Assembly (NCBI GenBank): GCA_016840465.1
Contig: JAEOSH010000011.1
Coordinates: 1-32,000 of the forward strand
DNA length: 32,000 nucleotides
Source of the DNA: Candidatus Baldrarchaeum yapensis
GTDB lineage: Archaea > Asgardarchaeota > Baldrarchaeia > Baldrarchaeales > Baldrarchaeaceae
Direction of reading: 5' to 3'
Shown one piece after another: positions 6,644 through 16,800 of this stretch. The notes beneath the pieces were generated by a model. The model saw only the letters and a program-made list of their open reading frames with translations. It made no database searches and was not told the DNA's origin. How positions within the stretch are numbered: position 1 is the first letter of the stretch; each line of letters opens with the position of its first letter. The position numbers and the translations under genes are program-made.

Positions 6644-9016
6644 TCATGGCATCCTCCTAAGCAAGTTCTCTATCACTTTTTTAACTTTTACCAAATTGTC
6701 CTCAACGACGATTATATTATCCATTCCATATTCCCTCACCACGCGATCCAATTTCTTTGCGTTTTTCTTATCAGTAACTATGACAAAGAAGGAGGTGTTG
6801 GTGTTTGCATTAATATATCGTCGTATCATCGATAGGTACTGATTTATTTGAACACGTGAGTTGACATGAGAGGGTAGTACCTTAAGGAGGATCCTTCCCT
6901 CATCTATTATCAGATCTACGAGATCTCCTTCGATGTTCTCCTCATACACTATTCCAGTCTGCCATAGACTTTGTTTAATGGATTCCAAGAGATCGTTATA
7001 TGTGCTATCTTGCTGTAATAAGCTTTCAGCAGACGCTTCGTCAACCTCTATGGTGTCATTAGGACTATCTTCTCTTTCTCCGTCCATAAGCAGAGCAGGA
7101 AAGTATGTCTTCATATACCTTTTAAGTTCCGGTTTTTCTATTACGGGAAGTTCAAGCTTGTTTATCATATATACTCCATGAAATTCCACCGATTTTCTGT
7201 CTTTTATTCTCATAATCATTACACTTTCCTCGTCGACATATGAGGAGATGCTTTCGTCAATATTTATTGGAAAAATTTCGTGAGTTGCCGCGAGAGTCTC
7301 CCCGTCTAAAAACACAACAACGGGCGAAAAATCCACAAGCGCAGATACAAATACCGGCACCAGCATTATCGTGACCCTGGCCTTATCGAGCCATTTCGTT
7401 GCAATAGCAGGTATGTTATCGATTATTAGGAGAATGTTGCCATCATTAACTGCACTGAATAGTTCTATGAATGCGTGTAGAATGTTTATAAGAGTCTTTG
7501 GCGGGACTTCCCATTTCAACTCGTTGACGATTATCACTACATCTTGATTTTTCAAAACATCTGTGAGATCATTCTTTTTCTGGTTAAGGAATACGTTCCG
7601 TATGAAGTTTAGAAGTTTAGAGTTATAATCTGGCACTTCGCCTTTGTGAATTTCATGGAGCAACGATATCACTTCTTCGGTTGTAAAGTTGTTACTTGAA
7701 AGCATTCGCTCGAGTATTTTAGATTCTTCATGTTCATGTAGGTCAAAGAGCATACGCAATATCTTTGCTTTGCTTTCTGCATTGATTTGAAGTTTTAGCA
7801 AGTTAAAAGAGATGCCTGGGGATTGTATCGAGAGATCGATAGTAATGATGGGATTTTCCATCAACTCCAATATTCCGGATAGGTCGCCAAATGGATCTAT
7901 GAGCAGAAAACTTGCTTTCCATTTGCGCTTAATAGCGGATATGAGTGCTGGTAATAGAGCCTTCCACTTACTTCTATTCGTTCCGCATACTACTACACAC
8001 TGAAAGTTCGCGGTATTTATTACGTTGTTAAGTGTATCGTTAAGCGCGACAGACACATGCGCCCCATCAGTGATTTGTTCCTGGTCATCAGACAGAGAAA
8101 TGCTTAAAGTTATGGATGGATGCATGCTCTTTGTCTTTGTGGACATTTTTCCAATTAACGGAAGTCTGCATAAGATCCTGCCTATATTCCTCGTAATTTC
8201 CTTCGATGAGAGGAATTCATATGATGAATCTTCATTAAAGATTTCAAAGGGCGAATTCTCGGTCTCCTGCCCCGCCGACTTTGATATTAAAACCTTATAT
8301 TCGGAAAATAGCCATTTTTTCCTCATTCTTGCAAGCGAAACCACATGATGGCAGTTTGCATTCTGTTCCGGTAACTTAAACATTACTTCACGAGATTTGT
8401 GGTTTTTATCCTTAATAAGTACCCTAATGCGCACTGCTTCGTCCGAAGTCTTTACCGTACACGTGTTTTTTCCACATTTTTTGATCTCTTTGACAGCACC
8501 TCCGACGATCTTCCACCAAGTATTCAATAGCTTTCTACTGCTCATAATGGATGCATGTCCGAGTAGTTCATAGAGTAGTTTTTCGACGGCCTCCTTGATA
8601 CGTTTCACCTTATCGATGCAACTGTATTCATCACTTGAAATTGCCCCCGTTAAAATCAGCAAAGCATTTTCGTTTCCACTCTGAGCATATTCAACTGCGA
8701 TCCAAGAATCTGTCAGCAACATGTTACTCAAATCTTCTAGCTTTAATTTTATACATTTATTTTCCGGTGGTGGTGACAATTTTACCTCGTATATCGATAT
8801 TACTGCGCATTTTCTTTTACCCTTCCCCTTCAGTATTAAGTACTCATTTCTAACAAAAAACGTCCTTATCGAGGTTAAATATCCTTTACTAACAGTAAGA
8901 AGGAAAAACACAAGCAATGATATGCTTAGAAGTAGGGTTAGCGGGTCACAGAGCACACTGTAGACCATCTGGAGGAAATTTTTCGATGTGGACTCGAAGG
9001 TTTCTATCTGCATCAT
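6644..9016 (-). CDS. Membrane-anchored hypothetical protein (790 aa) with a degenerate HerA/VirB4/TrwB-like P-loop domain and a possible C-terminal PD-(D/E)xK-like domain
   Basis: Single N-terminal TM; ordered motifs CVVVCGTNRSKW, FLLIDPFGD, ISFNLL, LLIIDNI match the HerA/FtsK-superfamily layout. The ORF is clearly real from its length; the fold call is inferred. Confidence 0.55.
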   Translation of the reverse strand: MMQIETFESTSKNFLQMVYSVLCDPLTLLLSISLLVFFLLTVSKGYLTSIRTFFVRNEYLILKGKGKRKCAVISIYEVKLSPPPENKCIKLKLEDLSNMLLTDSWIAVEYAQSGNENALLILTGAISSDEYSCIDKVKRIKEAVEKLLYELLGHASIMSSRKLLNTWWKIVGGAVKEIKKCGKNTCTVKTSDEAVRIRVLIKDKNHKSREVMFKLPEQNANCHHVVSLARMRKKWLFSEYKVLISKSAGQETENSPFEIFNEDSSYEFLSSKEITRNIGRILCRLPLIGKMSTKTKSMHPSITLSISLSDDQEQITDGAHVSVALNDTLNNVINTANFQCVVVCGTNRSKWKALLPALISAIKRKWKASFLLIDPFGDLSGILELMENPIITIDLSIQSPGISFNLLKLQINAESKAKILRMLFDLHEHEESKILERMLSSNNFTTEEVISLLHEIHKGEVPDYNSKLLNFIRNVFLNQKKNDLTDVLKNQDVVIIVNELKWEVPPKTLINILHAFIELFSAVNDGNILLIIDNIPAIATKWLDKARVTIMLVPVFVSALVDFSPVVVFLDGETLAATHEIFPINIDESISSYVDEESVMIMRIKDRKSVEFHGVYMINKLELPVIEKPELKRYMKTYFPALLMDGEREDSPNDTIEVDEASAESLLQQDSTYNDLLESIKQSLWQTGIVYEENIEGDLVDLIIDEGRILLKVLPSHVNSRVQINQYLSMIRRYINANTNTSFFVIVTDKKNAKKLDRVVREYGMDNIIVVEDNLVKVKKVIENLLRRMP

Positions 9017-9041
9017 TCCCTTATTGTGTTCTTCAGATTAG

Positions 9042-9048
9042 TATAAAA
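9042..9048 (-). promoter_or_regulatory. Candidate TATA box (TTTTATA) for a leaderless transcript of the 790-aa gene (possibly also rps7)
   Basis: Sits in the only gap over 25 nt in the minus-strand run (9017-9069) and ends about 26 nt before ATG 9016. Confidence 0.55.
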
Positions 9049-9069
9049 GGTCGTACTCGGCCTTTACGC

Positions 9070-10200
9070 TCATTCACGTCTATGTGCAATTTTTGAGACC
9101 AATAACAACAGCATTACAATCGGTACTAGGAGAAATACTGTAAGTTCGGGTATAAGGGCCTCCACACTTTCTGTGAGAGGCGTGGATCCCCACTTTTCAA
9201 TAATAATTTTCGGAAAATAAACAATTGCATATGTTATCGTTAAGAGCAAAGGTATCCTTAATGGAAGATCCTTAAACAGCGAAAGTAGCATTCTTCTTTC
9301 TTCCGGCGGAGTTATACGTGGCGCCAAGTATATCTTTATTCTGGGATCCTTTCGCTGAAGATCCTTTAAATAAGCCGAGGCTCTTTTCAGCACTCTCTGC
9401 CGCCCAATTTCGTATTTACCTTTTCGCGTTCTTCGCTCTATTAACTCTCTTAGATAATGTATCGCGTCGATAGTTAAAAGTGGTCGGCGAGGGATTATCA
9501 TCTGAGGTTTCTCTGAAATTTTTTCTTTAAATCGAAGCAACTCATTCACCTGCCTCTCTATCCTACGGCTTCTCTTCATAGATTTCTCGAAAATCTCGTC
9601 AACATATGATGAGCGAAATGACATCTCTAGCCCCACATATGAGATGACCGCTAAGAGTACTCCCATTAGCGGATCGCTGTACTCTATTTTCAGGTTTTCA
9701 AACGGAATCCCGATGCGCACACATATCATTGGAAATAAGATCAGTAGATAAATGCTCAAAAAGGATAGAATTGCCCCTCTTACTGACCCGATATACGCGA
9801 ATGCTACTACCCCTAAGATCCCTATAATTATGCAAAATTGAATGAGAAATATTGGCGCATTTGCATAAAACTGTTGCAAATCAAATCTTACTTCTGCTGG
9901 ATGAGGAAGCCATAGAGAAATAAAATTTTGATAAAATTCATTAACTTCCTCCATAGAAACAGAGGTTCCATCACCCATTATTTGTACTGCAGCAAACATG
10001 ACGAGGATGGCAAGCCCTAGCCCTGTCAGCAGTAAAAATTCGTAAATGTAGAAGATACCCAACTTTAGCAATGAAACTATGAGATTTACCGTTACCGATA
10101 TGTCAAAAAACGTCTCAGGAATTCTTCGTAAGAGCATATACCACGATATTAAAAAACAAATAAGAGCAATTGTCCTAAGCAATATTCGCGAGATCTGCAT
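9070..10200 (-). CDS. Polytopic membrane protein (about 7-8 TM segments with a central basic cytoplasmic region), MoxR-operon associated
   Basis: Several 18-25 aa hydrophobic stretches; starts 3 nt after the DUF58 gene stop. Confidence 0.75.
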   Translation of the reverse strand: MQISRILLRTIALICFLISWYMLLRRIPETFFDISVTVNLIVSLLKLGIFYIYEFLLLTGLGLAILVMFAAVQIMGDGTSVSMEEVNEFYQNFISLWLPHPAEVRFDLQQFYANAPIFLIQFCIIIGILGVVAFAYIGSVRGAILSFLSIYLLILFPMICVRIGIPFENLKIEYSDPLMGVLLAVISYVGLEMSFRSSYVDEIFEKSMKRSRRIERQVNELLRFKEKISEKPQMIIPRRPLLTIDAIHYLRELIERRTRKGKYEIGRQRVLKRASAYLKDLQRKDPRIKIYLAPRITPPEERRMLLSLFKDLPLRIPLLLTITYAIVYFPKIIIEKWGSTPLTESVEALIPELTVFLLVPIVMLLLLVSKIAHRRE

Positions 10201-10203
10201 CCC

Positions 10204-11526
10204 TTACACCTGCGCGAGACCCCTCATCTTCATTTTCAAATACTCGGAAATCACCGCAGGGATACAGTCATCGGGACCCACATTCACCACCGCTACACCG
10301 TATTTTTCTATTTCACGTGCTACTGCTCTTCGTTTCTCCCACATCTCTATTAAAAGCGCCTCGGCGAGTGCCCTTTCCACGGGAGACAGTTCCTCGGCAC
10401 TCACCTCAAACCATGGACCAAATGGGGAAATTACCACAACGCTGTGTCCTCTTGCAACTGCTAACTTTATACCCTCTAAAATGAATGAAGATGGCGCCTC
10501 TAGGTCCGTAAATATCAGGAAAAGAGTGCGCCTTTTCAGTCTGCTGATCGCGTATTCTATAGCATTCGCCAAGTTTGAACGTCCTCCCGCGCTGACCTTT
10601 GCTAAGACATCTAGGATGTCGTAAAATTGTTTTTCGCTCGATTTGGGTTTAATGAACTCATGAACTCTGTCTGAGAACACGCACAGACCAACATTGTCCT
10701 TACGCTCTAATGCCATTTTCACTAGTGTCACAATGGCCCTTATTGAATATTCCAGTTTGTTCTCCTCTGGTGGACCCACAGCCATCGACTTGCTACTATC
10801 CAAAAATATCATTATTTCCACATTTCGTTCACTCTCAAATTCTTTCACCATTAGTTTGCCAGTTCTAGCGGTTGCTTTCCAGTCTATTTTTCTGAACTCA
10901 TCCCCCACTTCATACTCTCTTATCATCAAAAACTCCATACCTATTCCCTTTTGCTTAGTGCTGTGAACCCCATACTCCATCCCTATAAATCTCGCTCTTG
11001 ACAGAATATCTAACCTCTTTATTTCCTCGTAGGATGGATAGACAGTGATTGTGGTAATTGAGGGAATTTCCCTTTCTGCCCAGAAAAATCCCAATCTGTC
11101 TTTTATTACTAATCTTATTGGGCCTATCGCGTACGTGCCGCGCATTTTTGGATATAAAACGTAAGAATATGTAAATGATGCTCCTGGAGGAAGGTTTGCA
11201 ACAGCGACGTTGTCTCCAGCAATTACTTCGAAGACTTCAGGAATGTTATCCCTTATCTCCACTAAATCATAAGCATATCTGCTCCTATTTTCGATTGTGA
11301 CCTTTATATTTACAAAATCTCCTGCGAACACCTTGTCCTTATCTAAAATCCTCATGACGATAATATCTGCGAAAGATACCGTATAGTAAAAGAGAGGCAT
11401 CGTTACTGCTATGGATAGGATTAATAAGGTTCCAATAAACACGAAGAGCAGTTCGGATAGCGATAACCCCATTATGAAGAGGAAAATCCCGAGAACCGTA
11501 ATTGCTCTTCCGCGAGGGGCCATCAT
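10204..11526 (-). CDS. DUF58 / von Willebrand factor A domain protein (MoxR partner)
   Basis: N-terminal TM pair and Ig-like region; EFLMIREYEVGDEFRKIDWKATAR DUF58 signature; MIDAS-like LDSSKS. Confidence 0.9.
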   Translation of the reverse strand: MMAPRGRAITVLGIFLFIMGLSLSELLFVFIGTLLILSIAVTMPLFYYTVSFADIIVMRILDKDKVFAGDFVNIKVTIENRSRYAYDLVEIRDNIPEVFEVIAGDNVAVANLPPGASFTYSYVLYPKMRGTYAIGPIRLVIKDRLGFFWAEREIPSITTITVYPSYEEIKRLDILSRARFIGMEYGVHSTKQKGIGMEFLMIREYEVGDEFRKIDWKATARTGKLMVKEFESERNVEIMIFLDSSKSMAVGPPEENKLEYSIRAIVTLVKMALERKDNVGLCVFSDRVHEFIKPKSSEKQFYDILDVLAKVSAGGRSNLANAIEYAISRLKRRTLFLIFTDLEAPSSFILEGIKLAVARGHSVVVISPFGPWFEVSAEELSPVERALAEALLIEMWEKRRAVAREIEKYGVAVVNVGPDDCIPAVISEYLKMKMRGLAQV

Positions 11527-11539
11527 ATGCCTTCTCCCT

Positions 11540-12499
11540 CTACGCCGGAACGCTTACCTCTTCTAGAATCTCCTCGATGATTCTCTTAACGCTAACACCT
11601 TCAAGTTCGGCTTCAGGCTTCAAGATTAGCCTATGGTTGAGAACGTTGAATGCCAGCGCCTTTATATCGTCTGGTGTAACGTAATCTCGACCATGAAGTA
11701 TTGCTCTCGCTTTGGATGCGTACAAAAAGACAATAGATGCACGAGGGCTTGCTCCCAGCAATATTAGGGGGTGATTTCGCGTTCTCACAACGATATCCCT
11801 TATGTAGTAAAGGATGCTGTCGTCGACGTATACGTCTCTAATTGCTCGTTGCATTGCAACAACGAGTTTCGGTGAGGCCACTGTTTCCACGTTTTCCCCA
11901 ACATACGCGTTTTTTCTCCGAAGAATTTCAACTTCTTCTTCTGCAGATGGATAATCTAGTATAAGGCGGAAAAAGAACCTATCGACCTGAGCTTCTGGTA
12001 GGGGGTATGTTCCCTCTAATTCTATAGGGTTTTGCGTCGCTATTACAATGAAAGGTGTGGGTAGCGGGTATGTTCTGCCCTCTATCGTCACCTGCCTCTC
12101 CTGCATACATTCTAGTAGAGCCGATTGCGTTTTTGGAGGTGCTCGGTTTATCTCATCGGCTAATATTACGTTTGCAAAAATAGGGCCCTTCTTAAGATAA
12201 AAGCGCCCGGTCTCCTTGTCGTATACATTTACACCAATAATATCTGATGGCAGTAGATCCGGCGTAAATTGTATTCGCTTAAACTCGCATCCTAACGTCC
12301 TAGCAAACGTTTTGGCTATCAGCGTCTTCGCAATCCCAGGAACCCCCTCCAGCAACACGTGACCCTCGGCAAGTAGTGCAATCAATATGTTTTCGAGTAT
12401 GTCGCGTTTGCCGACGACAACCTTGCCGATCTCATTTAGTATTCTTCTTGTTATTATTCTTACTTCCTTTAACGTGAGTACGGGAAGTTCTTCACCCAA
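11540..12499 (-). CDS. moxR: MoxR family AAA+ ATPase
   Basis: [14 protein letters not shown] (Walker A), [30 protein letters not shown] (Walker B), [31 protein letters not shown] start after GGTGAGG. Confidence 0.96.
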   Translation of the reverse strand: MGEELPVLTLKEVRIITRRILNEIGKVVVGKRDILENILIALLAEGHVLLEGVPGIAKTLIAKTFARTLGCEFKRIQFTPDLLPSDIIGVNVYDKETGRFYLKKGPIFANVILADEINRAPPKTQSALLECMQERQVTIEGRTYPLPTPFIVIATQNPIELEGTYPLPEAQVDRFFFRLILDYPSAEEEVEILRRKNAYVGENVETVASPKLVVAMQRAIRDVYVDDSILYYIRDIVVRTRNHPLILLGASPRASIVFLYASKARAILHGRDYVTPDDIKALAFNVLNHRLILKPEAELEGVSVKRIIEEILEEVSVPA

Positions 12500-13811
12500 C
12501 TTTCCTCACCAACTCGTCAAGAAACTTTATGTCGAAGTAGTATTTAAGAAAGTCTTCTCTTCCTATCTGCCTCCGCCCTCTTAACACGTCCCTTATGCCC
12601 CTTAATGCCTCTCTGATTTTTCTGAGTGTTTGAGGATCGACCTTGCGACTCAAAAAGTCTAAGAGATATTCTTCCTTTAGATCTTGTACTTTAAGTATCT
12701 TTGAAGCTTCTTTCCTGAAATACTCGTACAATGTTCTTAAAGCCTCCCTATACATGCCATATCTTTCATAAATATGAAGTTTTGCCACAAAGCTTCCGAA
12801 CTTTCCTCTCCTTCTAAATGTTGGTCTCTTTATCTTTATCCCACGTCTCCTAAGAACCCTTAATGCAAAGACTGATGCTATTACCGGAAAAATTAACGCA
12901 AGATATGGCGTCGAGGTGAACCATATAAGGGGCTTTAAAAAAAGTCCGCACACAGTCACATCCGAAAATCCCTCCCAATTGAGATGGCTTTCATCGAAGA
13001 TTATGGTAACATTCGTTTTGCCGTGTGCCAGCCATTTTATTACATTTAACGCAAAGACGGCATTATCTCTGCGAGTTATCATGTCATTTATGAAAACGCT
13101 CGGATCGCTAATTAAGACTACTCTTCCACGACCTATTTCTGCCACCGCGACTACCGGGAGCGGTCCTGGAATATCCGTTCCATTGAGTATTCCGTAGGGC
13201 TGGTGATCCATATCGACATCGAGCCAACTGTACCGTGAACTCATCGCTACTACTTGGAACACTCCACCACCAGTTGTGTTTGTCAATGCCATTTTAATAG
13301 CCGAGGGATAATTGAAAAGAATTTCGTGTACATCCTCAAAAATGGGGTGCGGGAGGAAGTTCCTTATTATTGGAAGTACGGGATTCTTGTCATAAGACCC
13401 GGCATCCATCAATAAATATCCATAAAAACTCACCTCAGGAAACGTTTGTAATAATAAAGAGTTTGCACTACCGAAATCATCCGCTATTAATACTCCTCCC
13501 CCATTTATTATGAACGGTATAATTCCAAAGATTCCATCATCAGGAGTGTACATTTTTGACGGGCCTATTATCACAATAACGCAGTTCTTGTTGAGTTTAT
13601 TAGCAACACTTAACGATGATACTACAACCTTCACCTTGTAACCTCTCTCCTCCAGCATTTCTTTAAATTTCGAACAGCCATCCCAGTCTTTGTTGAATAC
13701 GGAAAATGTTGGAGTTTTCCCTGGTTTAAAGATCAATACGGAAAGCATAGGCATTAACGCAACAACGAATGCTAACGAAAGAAGCATAATAGAAACACTA
13801 ACTCTTGGCAA
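12492..13811 (-). CDS. DUF4350-type (class I GATase-like) membrane-anchored protein
   Basis: N-terminal [56 protein letters not shown], second TM, cytoplasmic tail. ORF is open to 13862; TTG 13811 after GGGAGG is the likelier start. Confidence 0.82.
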   Translation of the reverse strand: MPRVSVSIMLLSLAFVVALMPMLSVLIFKPGKTPTFSVFNKDWDGCSKFKEMLEERGYKVKVVVSSLSVANKLNKNCVIVIIGPSKMYTPDDGIFGIIPFIINGGGVLIADDFGSANSLLLQTFPEVSFYGYLLMDAGSYDKNPVLPIIRNFLPHPIFEDVHEILFNYPSAIKMALTNTTGGGVFQVVAMSSRYSWLDVDMDHQPYGILNGTDIPGPLPVVAVAEIGRGRVVLISDPSVFINDMITRRDNAVFALNVIKWLAHGKTNVTIIFDESHLNWEGFSDVTVCGLFLKPLIWFTSTPYLALIFPVIASVFALRVLRRRGIKIKRPTFRRRGKFGSFVAKLHIYERYGMYREALRTLYEYFRKEASKILKVQDLKEEYLLDFLSRKVDPQTLRKIREALRGIRDVLRGRRQIGREDFLKYYFDIKFLDELVRKVG

Positions 13812-16800
13812 GTGAAAGAATCCCTCCCGTAACTTCCTTGTAAATCTTGGAGAGTGCCTCAACGAAAGATCTGTACTCGTCCACTCCTATAGATTTTATT
13901 CCATATCGGGCACGTTCAAATGTCCTCACGATTCTCAATAACATGTCATACCCTAATCCGTACCTTTCGGATATTCTGCGCGCAAATTCGGCGGGAGTTT
14001 CGCCACGAGACCTCTTTACATGATAATATAAGAGTATAAGCTCCTCATAGAGTTTATATCCCTCGAGTACCGCCTCTCTAAATCTCCTTCTTCTAACAAG
14101 GTCGTTTATCCTATCTACCCTCTTCTGCAAATGCATCAGGATGCCTTTCTTCTTTTCTTCCCGCTTTATACGCTTCTTAAAGTAATATGCAACCATAGAG
14201 ACAGCCGCCACCGTGGCAACCACATATACGGCTATCTCCACGGTACCTGAGATCCCCAACGGCGCTCCCTCTGCGGTAACGTTGACAATAAACTCACCGG
14301 AGGAAAAAATCTTCGTTCCGTTGTAAAGTTTACATCTCAATTCGGCTCTTATTGAGAGCACGTATGAGCGCCTTCCCAAATCTTCTACGACGTACGTGCA
14401 AATATATGTACCGTTTCCGATATTTGTTGCCCGGATTTCGGTATTATTGACATAAATAATAACAAGTCTGCCGTCGACTGGCGTGCTGTTATCCGTAACT
14501 ACGTTAACTACTATGGGTATCTTATCTCCCGGCCTTGCACTCTTATTGGCATGAAGAGTTATCGTCACATTCGAAAAAATGTCAAATGCCTTCTGGTAGT
14601 TTGAAGGGAGATAGTAGAGGCTTCCCATGTATAGTACTGAGAGGAAGAACCTTCCATTTTTACCATCGGCCGATGGCGCATTACACGTTATGTTGAAATG
14701 TCCGTAAGCATCTGTGGTTGTGTTCTTTTCACCAACATAGATAACAGCACCGCTAATCGGAGTGCCTCTGTCATCGGTCAATCTTCCTTCTACGAGTACC
14801 TCCTCACCCTCGAGATAGGGTGGCGGCGGTGTGACATTAACGTTGATCTCCGTCCGTGCGTTTATTATGATATAATGTTCCATTGCTAGTGTCAGCTTTA
14901 TTGTTTCATTTGAAAACAACAAAATGGTGTAATTTCCGACCTCGACCTCATAGGGTATTGTCACGTTCGCGATAAACTGTCCAGACTCGTTTGTGTAAAA
15001 TACTTGCCCCATGGATGTCTCTTTTCCGGTTTTCGCATTAATCAGTTCTACAGATATAGGAGCGTTCGAAACCGGATCATCAGTTTCGTTCAACACTTCT
15101 CCAAAAAGTATTAGACTTTCCTCTCCTCTCGTCACGTTACTGTCTTGAACATCAAAGATACACGTGGCATTCATGACTACTGCGACCTTTTTCTGAATAT
15201 TTGCAAGTTTCACGTAAGGATGCCCCGGGTCGAACGTTACATTCAACAAATAGTATCCGATCGGCTGGTCAATCGGGACAAAAACGTTCCAAAGGCATCT
15301 GTTCGTATTCGAGATCGTCTTATTCTTATTTATAAAACTTAATGTGAAAGTACCGTTTATGATCGTGTTGTTGTCGAGAACGACCGATGCGTTCACTGAG
15401 AACGTGTGATTTCTAAATACATGATCCTCCGCGTTGACTGACAGCTTACATGTTGCGAAAATGGTGACATTGACGAATGCCTTTGTCGAATTGAGTAACG
15501 TTACTCCATTTACCACATATCCCGGGAAGTATAACGTCATATTTGCTGGGCCCAAACTCTCTGATATGCTTACATACATTGCCCCACCGAATTTGCCATC
15601 GTTCGTCAATTGTAGAGTTCTGCCCTTAACTCCATTGAGAATAATCCAAATTTCGGAATTTACGCCTATAACGCCCATTTCGGTACCATTCTTTTTATCA
15701 TATATCCACTTGTCCACTAGCATTCCGCCGATTTCCAGTTGTTTCCCTCGAATAACCTCACTGTTGTTTCGGGGCTTATCGCATACTATTAGAACGTCCC
15801 CCGTGAAAAATAATGATGTCTGTCCAGATGCTATTATATACTTCGTTCCATCACTCGTTACTACCCAGTCCGCACGAAATGTGTGATTACCGACCACATA
15901 ATTGTCCAGAAAAACATCATTAAATACAGCATTCCCGAAATTATTCGTGACATTTTTTCCTAGTACTCTACTCACGGAGCTATCATAAAATTCCAAGATT
16001 TCGTCTCGTATTTTCCATACAATAGTAGGGTTTTCTGCTATTAACGTACCATTTAACTGAAAAGAGTGTCCTCTTTCCACGTAAGTTGTTCTTAAATCGG
16101 ATTGTGCAGAAAGGAGGAGTGCCACCTGAGGATTTACAACGTAAGGGTCGCAGACCCCATTGGTCATGAGGTAGGAGTAAATATACGGGGACGGATCAAA
16201 GGGGATCCAAGCCCCCCTTATCACACCATTCTCTTCGTAAGGAATCCAAACCTCCACCCAGAAGTGCAGATGGTACGCATATACTTTTCTCACATCACCC
16301 TCTTTAACTCCTGGGAGAAATCCCAGAACGACCCTTGCAGGGATCTTTAGTAGGCGTAATGTTATCGCGTAAGCGGTCGCAAAGTGTAAAGATATTCCAC
16401 TCTTCCTCCTAATAAACCAAGCAACCCAATCTTCATCGCTAGTGGGCTTATCAGACGATCCGTGGTAAAGCATCTCTAAATCATATGAAAAGACTTCCTG
16501 ATAGAATAAAAGAACCTTTAGTGCAATTTCGAAAGTCGAATTCCCCTCAAGTCTGCTAAAGGTGGAAGTGATGAAGGATTTTACACTCTCTGGAAGGTCA
16601 TTCTCAGGTATTTGGAGATATTGTTTGAGATCTTCCCCGATAGTCGTTTCATTTGGAGGTAAGGAATGCATGGAAATTTTTGTCAGGTTTATTTCAACAT
16701 AATTAACCTTATATTCCAAATAACTTGTTCCGCTACTCGAGAACGACGCATCTAGTATCACAGCGCCGTAATTGTCTCTAGATATCGCTACTTCCAGCGC

